Source: a virus | Taxonomy: Duplodnaviria > Caudoviricetes | Virus record (IMG/VR): IMGVR_UViG_3300018405_000011 | Reading direction: 5' to 3' (one strand) | Length of the DNA stretch: 64,000 bases | Shown: positions 48,149-59,381 of the stretch, piece after piece | Layout: the number at the start of each line of letters is the position of its first letter | How positions within the stretch are numbered: position 1 is the stretch's first letter | Notes under the pieces: generated by a model | What the model saw: the letters and a program-made list of their open reading frames with translations, nothing else | Told to the model about the DNA's origin: nothing | The model's database searches: none | Program-made: the position numbers and the translations under genes

Positions 48149-50182
48149 TTACGCATCGAGGTCGCTACGGCGACGAGCGATGATGTTAAATTGCTGAACA
48201 GTGCGCATAACATCTGCATAGACTTCAATGTCCATGTTAGAGCTATATCCACGCAGTTCGTCGGCGGCGGTCTTATAAGACGTTCCACGAATCGTCACGC
48301 GACCGTCGTAACGGTTAGCGACTTTACCATCGAACGTTTCTTCTACACGTTGATGATATTGGGAATCTGTCTCTTTAGAACCACCTGACGTCTGTGCCCA
48401 AGTCAGTGCTGCTTGTTTAGTCACATCCACCATGATTTGCATCACGATGTCTGAGTTTAGTACCGAAGTACTGTTCTCATAGATGGACTGAATAGCCGGC
48501 CAACCGATTTCAGTACGGCCTAGGTATTCAACACCGTTGACGCCATAATCCCAGAAGTTGTCTTTTGGTGTCTGTGGCACATACGTGTTAGTCACACCTG
48601 ACAACTCAGTAACCAGTTTTGCTGGGTACTCGTCATAAGACTCAACCGACTTCATAATGCCGCTACCAGCACCTAGGTACTTAGCACGTTTATGGATTAA
48701 GTCAATGATGAGTGGTACGGTACGTTTACGTAAAGAAGACGTCCATGTACCTACAGAGCGAGTAATGGTAGCACGGCAGACACCCGTACCATAGACGCTA
48801 GACTCTGGAGTCAGACGTGCGGCGTTAAGTAGCACTAACGCTACTGAGCTTTCAGCAGCAATGTCATTTGGAACCGTACCTTCGACATGTGTACAGATAC
48901 CAACGTGGATGTCCGGTCTTTGACCTAGAGTCGCCAACATTGATTTCTTAGTGTCTAATGTAAAGCCAGTGTCGTACATTACTGAGAATGGGAATCGCAA
49001 CATGTCCTTTACAGGGTTCAGTGGGTTTTCCCAACCAGTTTCAAGCTCACTGCGTACAAGATCGTCGTACGTAGCATCTGTCATGTCACCGTCATCACCA
49101 CCTTTTAAGTAGTGTGTTGTTGCGCTATTTAGGGCAACAGAGTCCGATGATAGACGCACGGTTTCGTGCTCGATACCTTCCCAGCTAATCGCGGTAAATG
49201 GGTTGATTAGATGTGCGTCGGCAATGGCCGTGCCCGTTTCTGCTTCTTCAGTTACCTTAATGGCATCGAGGATAGTTTTTAGGTTATCTTCGTAGAAGTA
49301 GATTTGACCAAAAGGACCATAGCGCTTGACTTGACCCGCTGTAAAGTCTTGCCAGTCTTCCACTAGACGCTCTAGACCAAATGTTTGACCCGTGTTCTTA
49401 TTAGTAACACCTGGCTTAAAGCTCACATCAATCGAACGGTCAGCATTAATAGAAGGAACCACGACAGGTGTACTTTCTGCAGTTTCACGCTCAACGATCG
49501 CAAAGCGGTACATCATGGTGTTTTGGTCTTCTACTACAAATGCATCGGCTGGGTCAGCCGTTTTCAAATGTGGTACCGACATACGCATGCCGATGTTATT
49601 GCCGTATTTACCTTTAGAAGACGCTTCGAATTCTAAAATAGGGTAAATAGTCGATTCTTCACCGACTTTACCCACTAAGGTACCCGGAGTTTGATTTGGA
49701 ATCGCACCGGCTTCGAGTTCATCGACTGGGGATACTGTCCAGCGGATTAAAGAACCATCAAAGGTTACACCACTGTTGGTAATAGGGCCGTTCTCATCCG
49801 AAGTAACAGTGCCATCGGTAGCACGTACGTATTCTTCGAATGTTTGAACTACGACTTCTGCGCTTAGTACAAAGCGCCCTTTCTTAGCCGTTTCACTTAG
49901 GATACGGTGGACATAAAAAGCATTACCCGCAGCGTTAGCTGTGAGTGCGGCTACGGTTTGGTGTGAGAAGTATTCTTTCAGTTCGTCTGCGGCATCTTTA
50001 CCATACATACGTAGGAAATCTGCGCCAACCACCAACTCATCCGTCTCAGGACCTTTTGGTGTACGAAGGAAAAAGCGTGGTAAGTGGATAGGCAACTCGT
50101 CGCGCTCTGCAGGTAACGCACGGGTTGACAAATCTTGCCAGCCTTTGAATACTGCTCTTGGAGTACTTTTATTAAGAGACAT
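48149..50182 (-). CDS. contractile tail sheath protein (phiKZ gp29-like)
   Basis: 677 aa; 'PIHLPRFF', 'YLKGGDDG', 'PFSVMYDTGFTLDTKK', 'QSIYENSTSVLNS'. Confidence 0.8.
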   Translation of the reverse strand: MSLNKSTPRAVFKGWQDLSTRALPAERDELPIHLPRFFLRTPKGPETDELVVGADFLRMYGKDAADELKEYFSHQTVAALTANAAGNAFYVHRILSETAKKGRFVLSAEVVVQTFEEYVRATDGTVTSDENGPITNSGVTFDGSLIRWTVSPVDELEAGAIPNQTPGTLVGKVGEESTIYPILEFEASSKGKYGNNIGMRMSVPHLKTADPADAFVVEDQNTMMYRFAIVERETAESTPVVVPSINADRSIDVSFKPGVTNKNTGQTFGLERLVEDWQDFTAGQVKRYGPFGQIYFYEDNLKTILDAIKVTEEAETGTAIADAHLINPFTAISWEGIEHETVRLSSDSVALNSATTHYLKGGDDGDMTDATYDDLVRSELETGWENPLNPVKDMLRFPFSVMYDTGFTLDTKKSMLATLGQRPDIHVGICTHVEGTVPNDIAAESSVALVLLNAARLTPESSVYGTGVCRATITRSVGTWTSSLRKRTVPLIIDLIHKRAKYLGAGSGIMKSVESYDEYPAKLVTELSGVTNTYVPQTPKDNFWDYGVNGVEYLGRTEIGWPAIQSIYENSTSVLNSDIVMQIMVDVTKQAALTWAQTSGGSKETDSQYHQRVEETFDGKVANRYDGRVTIRGTSYKTAADELRGYSSNMDIEVYADVMRTVQQFNIIARRRSDLDA

Positions 50183-50397
50183 CTATGAAATCCTCAAGAC
50201 AGTTTATAAACTTGTTTGCTCTAACGTTAAAGCGGCTAAATCCCATAGGGAATACCCTAGGGCGTAACTCCGCCACGAGTCACTTTTTAACAGACTGATT
50301 AGTGTTCACCTTATTACAGCAGGGTAAACTCTATAAGATTGGTATTAAATAAAAACAGGCCTAGCTAATCTGTTTTTCTTACACTCTGGATATAATC

Positions 50398-51330
50398 ATG
50401 ATTGATACAGCATATGAAACTACCTACGGGCGTCAGTTTAAAAACCTTTTTACTGAAGCCATGGATTTCTCCATTAAAAACATTCTAAGACGCAGTGACA
50501 ATATTCTTCCTTTCGGAGAGAAAGAAAACCTCTTTAAAATCTCTCCTGAGATTACGACTGATGAACTCCTGCCTTTCCGTTTACCGGTTTCTTTTACTTA
50601 CCGAGACAAGTTCTATACGGTAGTTGACACACGTGCATTCGAAGGGGCAGACGGTAAGATTCGTCAGCAGCGTGAACTTGATGCTTTAGCGATGCGTGCT
50701 AAATACATGCACAGTTGGATTGAAGAGCCAAGTCTCTATGAATCTGTCTTACCCGAACTGTCCATTCTTTTTGCGGAATGGATGGTTCAATCCATTACTC
50801 AACGCCACGGTCCTACCATTGCCCAGCAAGAAATTATTCGCATTTATCTAGCATGTTATTACCGTACCCTTATGTTTACGGCGGACGACTTAAAACAAGT
50901 CGATGCAGATTATCTCGGTGAAGTCCTATTTAAGTTTGCAGTGACTCAACTTAAAATGCCGCGTGACTTTGTTACTAGCGTTATGGAAGATGAGAACTTT
51001 ATTAAGGTTCTTAACAACCTGATTGCCGTAGGTAAAAGCGACTTAAATAACTGGTTGACTGGGCTTAACCTCTATCTAGATACACCGGCAATACGTTTAG
51101 ACAGTTCGGCGTTAATTATCCTGACGGTATCCGCGAGCTGGATGGGTTGGGGTGCACAAGACATTGCCGGTACGGCTATTGAGTATCCGCCTATGTTAGC
51201 CTACATGGCCAATATGGCGATGACCCTAGGGGTCTATCGACGCACCAAGATAGGAATGGCTGTAGAAGCCTGTAAGCGTCGACGTGTGAAAATGGAGACC
51301 TTAACCAGTTGGGCAAAGGAAATCATCTAA
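50398..51330 (+). CDS. virion protein (phiKZ gp28-like position)
   Basis: 310 aa, divergent from the sheath; synteny. Confidence 0.5.
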   Translation: MIDTAYETTYGRQFKNLFTEAMDFSIKNILRRSDNILPFGEKENLFKISPEITTDELLPFRLPVSFTYRDKFYTVVDTRAFEGADGKIRQQRELDALAMRAKYMHSWIEEPSLYESVLPELSILFAEWMVQSITQRHGPTIAQQEIIRIYLACYYRTLMFTADDLKQVDADYLGEVLFKFAVTQLKMPRDFVTSVMEDENFIKVLNNLIAVGKSDLNNWLTGLNLYLDTPAIRLDSSALIILTVSASWMGWGAQDIAGTAIEYPPMLAYMANMAMTLGVYRRTKIGMAVEACKRRRVKMETLTSWAKEII

Positions 51331-51348
51331 CCATTTTAGGGGCGCACC

Positions 51349-54222
51349 ATGATTGATTTATCAACGGCCTTAATTCGAGACGCACTGACAAATGCCTGGG
51401 CAAACCCTGCCCAGGATAGACAGGTCCTAATTAAGCCAAAACAAGTAACCTCTGCACGAGGAACCATAGGGGCTTACCGTACGCCTTACAGTAGCTATCC
51501 GGTTCCCGATACCACCCATCGATGGATGCTTTATGAGTATGGGCAACTGCCGCCTCGATTTATTGGGTTAGACTTAGATAACTCAGTGTGGCGTTCTCTT
51601 AAAGAAGTCATGTCCCAGGAGGACGTGATCGCATTTCCAATGATACGTCATCGTATGCTTATGACGTCTACGGTAAAGGTAATTCGTCTTAATAACAATA
51701 ACCTTTTGTTTGCCGTAGAGATGGCATCCAATGCAGCGTTAATGAAAACAGATACTGACCTCTATGTTCGTTTTTACAGTAATGCGTTCTTTAGTACTGT
51801 AGAAGGCAGTGCCTATGGCGGTATTGAAACAGACGGCATTTTTGCGACAGATGGGACTGAAGCCGCGGCTCTACTGTCAGTATACAATACTTCTGGATAT
51901 GCAAACAGCGGTACGACATGGTGGTTTAAAAACGGTTATCTTACAGATAAGCCGACAGTTAACGACATTGCTATTGGCGATAACCTCCAGTACATATGGG
52001 ACTCATCGGGTATTCAGTACTACGATGTCCAGTTGAAGAACCTAACTTCCTTTACTAGCATTAAAGATCAAGTCTCTAAACTGTTGTTGGTAACGCCCGG
52101 TTACGTAGATACTGACTTAGTGTTCTATGACGATATCGAAATCTTCTTATACTCCGTTGATTTAAATGGTAAGAAGAAAGGTTGCTACTATGATCGTCAA
52201 CGCGTATCGGATTTAAGTCAAGTCACTTATCGTGACTGGAGTTTAGATGGTACACGCCTATCCGAAGTCATCTTAGAGCAAAATGGAGAGATTAACTACT
52301 CCTCGGCTTTTGTTCGAGTATACCTGCGTAAAACGGTAGCGATTACAACCGATATCGGTGACGGGTCTTACCTCGGTGACTTTTATAATATTGATGCGGC
52401 TGACCGCTATCGCATTCTTACCGGAAGCTACGGTAGCTTAACACGCTGGAAAGCGGCTGAGCTGGAAAACTCTCCGTTCATGAAATGGCTAGGAAGTGTA
52501 GGTACGGCATTAACGGAAGAGGACGTGCATCAGGTCTATAATTACTACGGGCTTCAACGTGCTGTACAGTTACCGGTTAAAAATGCAGGGGCATGGATTT
52601 TACCAGAAATGGCAAAGCAAGGCTGCCTTGTGGTTAATCTAGATTCCAATGGCGAATACCTAAGCCAGCAAGTCTATACTGAGGCAAGTTTTGGTATCGG
52701 GGTCCATACCCCAGTAGGGGATGTTGCAGATATCCTTGTCTACTGTGGTAACCTAATCACGACTCCAGTAGCAATGGACTTACCCGTGGTGTTAGGAAAT
52801 GATATTCCAGGTATCTTTGATGAAGAGCGGTTTTATTATGTCGGTGCGACACAGCAATGGGTAATTGCCACACAAGGGGCAGATTACACGTATACCGCCT
52901 CTACAGGGGCGATAGAGTGGTCATCGACTCATAACAGTACTTCTAAACTAAAACGCAGTGCTGGGCATTACACGCATCGTGAGCTTACCATTCCCTACAG
53001 TTCACTCTGTACACCAATCGATATCTTTGCGAATGGCACCCTTCCATCATCTAAACATGACTTTGGTCGAGTAGATGTATGGATAGATAACCAACGTGCT
53101 GTACCGGGATTGGATTATTTCGTGGATGGCTTTAAGTTGTACCTAACCACGAAAGAGTACATCGATTTAGAAACCGATGTAGACTCTAATCCACAACTTG
53201 CCCACGTTCGTTTTATTGCCCATGGTTTACCTAAGGATAGCGAAGCAGGTCAATATGGCTTTGTCGTGGAAGGAATGGTGAATCACGATAACGATATTGA
53301 TTTGGTTAAGAACCGCAATCAGACGTTGTTTATTAATGGCCGTAAGACGGATGTAAGTCAAGTATGGCTTGCTGAGGACTATCGTGGGGAATACGCGGTT
53401 AGATTTTCTACCGGGACTCTAGTGTCGTGGAGGGAAGGGACTGAGTATGTAGAGTACACACCTGTCGTCTATGACCGTGTTCTGTATGTTGCGCCATTAG
53501 GTGGCGTTGGCGCAACCCAGGTCTTTGATGAGACATTGTGGTTACGTGTATGGGAACTTAGTCATTTTACCTATGATGATAATGGGGTTACCCGCCACGT
53601 GAAGATTCACGCCGGTAAAGATACTGTACTAGTACGAAGTGTTGCCGTAGATGGCATTGAGGAAGAACCCGATACGTTTATTCCGCTGGCTTTGGGGGCT
53701 GACTATCAGCTTACCCCAGGATTGCCACTATCTGCTCCTCCAGCAAATGCCAGTACTTATCAGTTCACCAGTACTGCCAATGTCATTTCTCGTTTTGTCG
53801 CGCAGACCCTCGCTGAAAATGAAGCAGATAGTCGGACTATGACATCGACCATCTCTGCTTACCTAGAGGCACTCAGTCCGTCATATGAACTTAAAGGACC
53901 GATTAATATCCCTAGGCAGCACAGAGTCGTCAGTCCATTTATATCAGCGCTTACTAAGGCTATTCAAGCCGGGGAAATCAACCTGACCAGCGCTGACTTA
54001 AGTGAAGCGGCGGTCGATTTTCTTACTCGGGACTATCAGTATCTCTTTCATTATGACCCAGTCTATGACGATACGCAAAACCATGACTTTATTACTGGTT
54101 ATGGGCACTGTGAACTAGAAGCCATTGCGCTGCCAGCAAGGGCAGTCAACTTCCTAGCAAAATGCAGTGAGTATTTCTTTGACGGGCGTATACAAATTAA
54201 CCGCGACTTTACCATCGCGTAA
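51349..54222 (+). CDS. virion structural protein (phiKZ gp27-like position)
   Basis: 957 aa, beta-rich; synteny between sheath and terminase. Confidence 0.55.
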   Translation: MIDLSTALIRDALTNAWANPAQDRQVLIKPKQVTSARGTIGAYRTPYSSYPVPDTTHRWMLYEYGQLPPRFIGLDLDNSVWRSLKEVMSQEDVIAFPMIRHRMLMTSTVKVIRLNNNNLLFAVEMASNAALMKTDTDLYVRFYSNAFFSTVEGSAYGGIETDGIFATDGTEAAALLSVYNTSGYANSGTTWWFKNGYLTDKPTVNDIAIGDNLQYIWDSSGIQYYDVQLKNLTSFTSIKDQVSKLLLVTPGYVDTDLVFYDDIEIFLYSVDLNGKKKGCYYDRQRVSDLSQVTYRDWSLDGTRLSEVILEQNGEINYSSAFVRVYLRKTVAITTDIGDGSYLGDFYNIDAADRYRILTGSYGSLTRWKAAELENSPFMKWLGSVGTALTEEDVHQVYNYYGLQRAVQLPVKNAGAWILPEMAKQGCLVVNLDSNGEYLSQQVYTEASFGIGVHTPVGDVADILVYCGNLITTPVAMDLPVVLGNDIPGIFDEERFYYVGATQQWVIATQGADYTYTASTGAIEWSSTHNSTSKLKRSAGHYTHRELTIPYSSLCTPIDIFANGTLPSSKHDFGRVDVWIDNQRAVPGLDYFVDGFKLYLTTKEYIDLETDVDSNPQLAHVRFIAHGLPKDSEAGQYGFVVEGMVNHDNDIDLVKNRNQTLFINGRKTDVSQVWLAEDYRGEYAVRFSTGTLVSWREGTEYVEYTPVVYDRVLYVAPLGGVGATQVFDETLWLRVWELSHFTYDDNGVTRHVKIHAGKDTVLVRSVAVDGIEEEPDTFIPLALGADYQLTPGLPLSAPPANASTYQFTSTANVISRFVAQTLAENEADSRTMTSTISAYLEALSPSYELKGPINIPRQHRVVSPFISALTKAIQAGEINLTSADLSEAAVDFLTRDYQYLFHYDPVYDDTQNHDFITGYGHCELEAIALPARAVNFLAKCSEYFFDGRIQINRDFTIA

Positions 54223-54237
54223 TGGGGATGAAAACCA

Positions 54238-55896
54238 ATGGCTTCAAGTCTATATATCCATACACCGGACACGAACCGTTTTAATATTTGGCATATTAGC
54301 GATTTGTACTTCGGTGAGCCGCCTTCTAAAGAAGTGTGGCGCCCTAATGTTAACGACATGGTAATTGACTGGGATGTCGGCATCTATCGTGTGCTATCGG
54401 TAAACGAGGAATCCATTCCAGTATTGCAGCTTATCAGTCGTTTCAGTCAGGACAGCCGCTTTAACACAGAGTCTACTTCTCTTATTACAGCACTGTCAGA
54501 TTACCAGCCTTCGGCGGCTACTAAAATCTTTATCGATACTAGCGTTAGTCCAGCTATCCTTAGTGTTGACGGTCGGTTTGTCTGTTATGGGAGTGAGCCT
54601 ACGCGCTGCGTATTCTTCCGTGGCACAGACACCTCTATCAATGGAGAGGTCATTTCTGAAGTCTACAATGGTTCAGGCGATCTTATCGGTGACCAAGTCC
54701 CTCTAGAGCTTATTAATGCAGAGGGCACCATTAAGCGACCAGTACAGTTTAAAACCACTAAGGCGATTGAAGCTGGTGAGGTGGTTACTGCAGTATTTTA
54801 TACCGACTCTAATGGCGTCTATAGCAAACAGCCATTTTTGGTATCGAGTTCTGCAGGTTTTAGACCTGGCGATATTTCTGAGAAATACATCGACAGTATC
54901 TCCCTACGAGGAGACGCCCTGTCTGATACTCAGGAAGACCTCATTGAAAACACCGTGGGTACGCCACTGAACGTGGCCCTTCTAAAAGGGGTACTGCACT
55001 ATAATGACGGCAGTGAAACCGAAGTAGGAATTGACGGAGTGAAAATGGTCCTACGTGGACTGAACAACTTCGATACGTCTTACGTAGGTACACCGACCAG
55101 CGTAGTGCTGCAGTACTACCCTAGTCTAAATGAGAAGTTTATCAATGGGAGCATTAACGGGTCACCGTCAATCTCTCATGTCTATAAACTGGCGAATATC
55201 GCACGTGACAGTTCATTCAGTCTGAAAATCTTCATTGTTCCAGTATGGGATGCGGGTACCACTAGTTATAGCTATCGCTATTTCTTAGTAAACCTAGAAG
55301 GGGATTTGTTTACAGAAGTTACGGCTGACGTAGACGCGATGTTGGAAGGTGGTGGGTTATTATCTGGTACAGACTTTACGACGCGTCAAGACGCGGTGTT
55401 TAGTCTAGACATGAGTACGATTTCACCGACTATCTATGGCACGTATGTACATACCCAGAAGACGGATATTACGATTGACCAACCAGGGGCTATCTCTGGA
55501 CAAACCTGGTTAATTGACTACATCGGAGATCAAACTAACATGTTTGGTCAAGACCTGAAGGCGTCATGTAATGCTATCGGTGACACCATTAACATTGCTA
55601 ATGGCATTGGTATTCTAGAGAACTGGTTAACGGAACTCTACTATGCCATCGAACCACTGTACGATAACACGGTACTGACTCAAGCACCAACACCAACGCA
55701 CTTCTCACTCATCTACGATGACGTCGAGACAGACAAGGTGGTGCTCACTGACTACAGCTCTAATATTCCACTCTCGGTAGGTATGGGTAACTTTACCAAC
55801 CAAGACACCGTCATGGTACGCTGGATTTTAGAAACTGTAGATGGGGATAAAACCCTAGGTATCACACCGTTGTTTATTAAGAACGACCTAGCCTAA
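54238..55896 (+). CDS. virion structural protein (phiKZ gp26-like position)
   Basis: 552 aa directly upstream of terminase. Confidence 0.55.
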   Translation: MASSLYIHTPDTNRFNIWHISDLYFGEPPSKEVWRPNVNDMVIDWDVGIYRVLSVNEESIPVLQLISRFSQDSRFNTESTSLITALSDYQPSAATKIFIDTSVSPAILSVDGRFVCYGSEPTRCVFFRGTDTSINGEVISEVYNGSGDLIGDQVPLELINAEGTIKRPVQFKTTKAIEAGEVVTAVFYTDSNGVYSKQPFLVSSSAGFRPGDISEKYIDSISLRGDALSDTQEDLIENTVGTPLNVALLKGVLHYNDGSETEVGIDGVKMVLRGLNNFDTSYVGTPTSVVLQYYPSLNEKFINGSINGSPSISHVYKLANIARDSSFSLKIFIVPVWDAGTTSYSYRYFLVNLEGDLFTEVTADVDAMLEGGGLLSGTDFTTRQDAVFSLDMSTISPTIYGTYVHTQKTDITIDQPGAISGQTWLIDYIGDQTNMFGQDLKASCNAIGDTINIANGIGILENWLTELYYAIEPLYDNTVLTQAPTPTHFSLIYDDVETDKVVLTDYSSNIPLSVGMGNFTNQDTVMVRWILETVDGDKTLGITPLFIKNDLA

Positions 55897-55961
55897 ATAA
55901 AATCCTATAGAGGGGTGCCTTCGGGTACCCCCTATATTTTTATATCTTAGGAGTGTAAGAG

Positions 55962-58100
55962 ATGATTCTACATGCCGGAGACTGGGGATATTATCCTAAC
56001 GCCATAGCGGATACCACAACTAAGAACGCTAGCTTTCTCCATTATGCGAAAACCCTAACCGCCTTAGGGGTAGAAAACCACGCATGGCCATTGGCTCTGC
56101 ATAACCCTGAAATCCAGGGCATAGACCCCTTCAACAGTAAACTCACTGTAGAAGAAGTCGCTGCTATCTCGTATGAATCTAAATTTAACTATTGGTATTT
56201 CTTACGGGAAGTCTCTAGGGTTCCACAAACCGGTACCACCATCCCTTCTTGCTATTTAGCAAACCGAGCTAATATGGCACTGAACTGGTGTTTCTTAAAT
56301 AACATTGACTTCGCTAACATTATGCCCCGTCAGTGTGGTAAGTCGGTCGGAGCTGACGTATTAAACAACTGGTTAATGCATGTTAGTGGCGTTAACTTAA
56401 ACATACAGCTCATTACGCGCGGTGATGACCTGCGTGTTAAAAACATTAAGCGGCTAAAAGCCATCCGGGATTTACTCCCTCCTTATCTAAACTTTTACCG
56501 TCCAGGCAAGGACGCTAATAACACCGAGCGCTTAACCTGTATGGCGCTTGAGAATGAATATGTGACTGCTGTTGCACAAAAAGATAAAGCAGCAGCAGAT
56601 AACCTAGGGCGTGGATTGACATCGTCCATTATTCAGGCGGATGAACCACCATACTGTGCAAACATACATATATCTTTGCCTGTAGCGCTGGCAGGTGCCG
56701 GTACGGCTCGTGATTTGGCTGAAGCGAACGGTACGTTCTATGGTAACATCTATACAACAACGGCTGGTAAAAAGGATACGCCGGAAGGGAAGTACATGTA
56801 CGACCTTATCCACTCCGGTATGTACTGGACTGAAAAGCTATTAGATGCCGGTAGCCGTGAACAAGCCTGGGACATGATTGCACTGCACAGTAAACGTCGG
56901 TTGGTAAACGGTACGTTCTCACATCGCCAGATAGGTAAAGACGATGAATGGTTACGCAAGAAGATTATCGACTCTACAGGGGATAAAGATGCGGCGGAGC
57001 GCGACTATCTGAACCAATGGACATCCGGTAGTGAGAGCTCACCTTTATCAGTAGCGCTTAACAGAGCCGTAGCGCAGTCTAAGAAAGAAGCTACCTATAC
57101 GCAACGCTTTAAACAGAACTACCTCTTAGATTGGTTTATAGGGCGTGCCGACATGCAGTCTAGGCTCATGAACAATGAAATCATTCTAAACATCGACCCG
57201 TCTCAGCTTGTAGGGGAAGACGGTAACGGAGTGGTGATAGAAGACCTGCGTAATATGGAAGTAATTGCCGGTACAGATATTACGACTTCTAATATCTTCA
57301 GTTTTGCCAGTTGGGTGACTGACATGTTGGTGATGTTTAAGAAAATGACCTTAGTCATTGAGAATGCGGCATCCGGACAAGCCATACTTGACATCGTGGC
57401 ACACCAACTCATGCAGTTAGGTATTAACCCATTCAGACGTATCTTTAACCGCGTTATCGATAACCCTATCTCCATGAAGGCAGCCTATCTTGACGTCGTT
57501 GAAAACAGTGACAAGTGTGAACCTGAGCTTTATGAGAAATACAAAAAGTATTTTGGGTTTAATACGAATGGGGCGACTCGCCCACTACTGTACGGAATGG
57601 TACTTCAGAAAGCGGCTAAATCCACTGCTCATTTATGTAACCATCCTGCTCTAGTAGAACAGATACTGAGTTTGGTGAAAAAGAATGGGCGTGTAGACCA
57701 CCCATCAGGCGGTCACGATGATATGGTTATCGCGTGGTTGCTTGGACACTGGTTCAGTACTTATGCTCAAAACTTAGCCTGGTACGGAATCCGCCCAGGG
57801 GTCGTGCAGTCACTGGTGAGTGAGTTAGGCGCCGAACTGAGTGACGAAGAGATACGTGACCGTATCTTTAGGGAAGGATTGATTAAGCGCATTAACGGCT
57901 TAAAAGAGAAACTGGAGACTTGTAATGACATTGTACTGACACAGTCATACTCAATGCAGATTAAGTTGCTGGTGGCTCAACTTGACGATACTGACTTTGA
58001 AGCTAAGGTTATGGCAGACATCCGGGCTATTAGTGAAGAGAAAGGTAAGGAGAAACGTTCGTTAAGTCAAATCCTTAAAGAAGAAAATAAGTATTACTAA
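55962..58100 (+). CDS. terL: terminase large subunit
   Basis: Walker A 'PRQCGKS', Walker B 'IQADE', coupling motif 'TTT', nuclease 'IDPS' and 'GHDD'. Confidence 0.9.
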   Translation: MILHAGDWGYYPNAIADTTTKNASFLHYAKTLTALGVENHAWPLALHNPEIQGIDPFNSKLTVEEVAAISYESKFNYWYFLREVSRVPQTGTTIPSCYLANRANMALNWCFLNNIDFANIMPRQCGKSVGADVLNNWLMHVSGVNLNIQLITRGDDLRVKNIKRLKAIRDLLPPYLNFYRPGKDANNTERLTCMALENEYVTAVAQKDKAAADNLGRGLTSSIIQADEPPYCANIHISLPVALAGAGTARDLAEANGTFYGNIYTTTAGKKDTPEGKYMYDLIHSGMYWTEKLLDAGSREQAWDMIALHSKRRLVNGTFSHRQIGKDDEWLRKKIIDSTGDKDAAERDYLNQWTSGSESSPLSVALNRAVAQSKKEATYTQRFKQNYLLDWFIGRADMQSRLMNNEIILNIDPSQLVGEDGNGVVIEDLRNMEVIAGTDITTSNIFSFASWVTDMLVMFKKMTLVIENAASGQAILDIVAHQLMQLGINPFRRIFNRVIDNPISMKAAYLDVVENSDKCEPELYEKYKKYFGFNTNGATRPLLYGMVLQKAAKSTAHLCNHPALVEQILSLVKKNGRVDHPSGGHDDMVIAWLLGHWFSTYAQNLAWYGIRPGVVQSLVSELGAELSDEEIRDRIFREGLIKRINGLKEKLETCNDIVLTQSYSMQIKLLVAQLDDTDFEAKVMADIRAISEEKGKEKRSLSQILKEENKYY

Positions 58101-58103
58101 AAC

Positions 58104-58142
58104 GACATTACTCTCCTTCCCCGTTAAAGGAAGGAGAGTAAT
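58104..58142. terminator. bidirectional terminator, near-identical to 17259-17297
   Basis: GACATTACTCTCCTTCCCCGTTAAAGGAAGGAGAGTAAT between convergent genes. Confidence 0.75.
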
Positions 58143-58154
58143 TGTCTATTCTGG

Positions 58155-59381
58155 TTAAGTTGAAGAACTGCCGCCGGATTTAAGGGTAAAGATACGCAGG
58201 ATGAGATAGATGTAAAGGGCAACGCCTGTGGCGACCCGCATAGCTGGTCTAGCTCTAGGTACCGCTTCTTCTACGAGTTCAACACATAGGCGCTTAATCG
58301 TAATCAAATCTTTGCGTTTGGTACGTGAAGAACGATAGTAGTCTCGGCATTTACTAATCATAGCAGGGACATCCGTAAGCGATATACCGTCACCACGAGA
58401 GACATCAAACAACATGATAACTAGTTCTTCGGATAGCTCATCGAGTTGAGGACGTAAGACACGGCTGTTTTCTGACATGTAAGATAAGGTATCTCTAAGG
58501 TAACGAATGTCAGCAGTTGTGACCACTGTCATTGTGTCTTCTAGTAACGACTCCTTAATGAGTTCGGCTTTAGTCTTGTAGCGTCCCTTTAAGTCCTCAA
58601 TGAGTTCTCTTTGGAAGCTACGGACGTTACCGACGACCTTAACACCTTCATGTTCACCTATGCGGCTAAAACTACCAATGCGTGCTTCTTGGTCTTTAAT
58701 GCGATGGAAGGATTCCGTTAAAGCGTTTAAGACGTCGGTTAAACGGTCCTGTAGGTCATTTGCCCACTTAGCCACATCATAGGTGCCTTGGAATGTTTGA
58801 AGCTGCTGACGCCATAGGAACTTATCTGAAACGACTTGTTCACCACGCATCTTAAGTAGTTCAAACCAGCTCCCTGCTTTCTTTAAATCCGACCGATAGT
58901 CCAATGACTCATAGTGAGCCATGGCAATGGATTCATTGGCTTTAAATCGAAAACGGTTACGCATGCCTGATGTTAAGTGTTTCATGTGGGCGCCGATAAT
59001 GGTGTATACAATACCAATCTCTTTTTCGTCTTGAGAAAGACGGCTGGTAGCAATACGGTGAGCCACATATAGAAACGAAAGGTTCATGAGACTAGAAGCC
59101 ACGCGCCAGCGAGATTCAATCCCGTCTAGCTCGTAGATGTCATTCTGGCAATCTTCAATATCGATAATACCACAGATTTCTTCTAGCCAATAGCGACCGT
59201 CGACTTCGTCCATCCATACCGCACGGTAAACCCCTAAGAGGTGCCCACCGAAAAAATTGGTGTGTTCTTCATTTTTGTTTGCGAACTTCTGGACGAACTG
59301 AAGTACGCGATTGATAAATTGCTTATCGACCTCAATGTTGGTATAGGTATCCATTAGGTCTTTGAGTGATGGAAATGCCAT
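58155..59381 (-). CDS. conserved phiKZ-like hypothetical/virion protein
   Basis: 408-aa helical ORF convergent with terL; 'KNEEHTNFFGGHLLGVY'. Confidence 0.55.
   Translation of the reverse strand: MAFPSLKDLMDTYTNIEVDKQFINRVLQFVQKFANKNEEHTNFFGGHLLGVYRAVWMDEVDGRYWLEEICGIIDIEDCQNDIYELDGIESRWRVASSLMNLSFLYVAHRIATSRLSQDEKEIGIVYTIIGAHMKHLTSGMRNRFRFKANESIAMAHYESLDYRSDLKKAGSWFELLKMRGEQVVSDKFLWRQQLQTFQGTYDVAKWANDLQDRLTDVLNALTESFHRIKDQEARIGSFSRIGEHEGVKVVGNVRSFQRELIEDLKGRYKTKAELIKESLLEDTMTVVTTADIRYLRDTLSYMSENSRVLRPQLDELSEELVIMLFDVSRGDGISLTDVPAMISKCRDYYRSSRTKRKDLITIKRLCVELVEEAVPRARPAMRVATGVALYIYLILRIFTLKSGGSSST

Noticed and set aside
55962-58100. Intein or intron in terminase, UvsX or RNAP beta
   Set aside because: Lengths are ordinary for the families, the motifs are contiguous, and no C/S...HN-C/S/T intein signature was seen.
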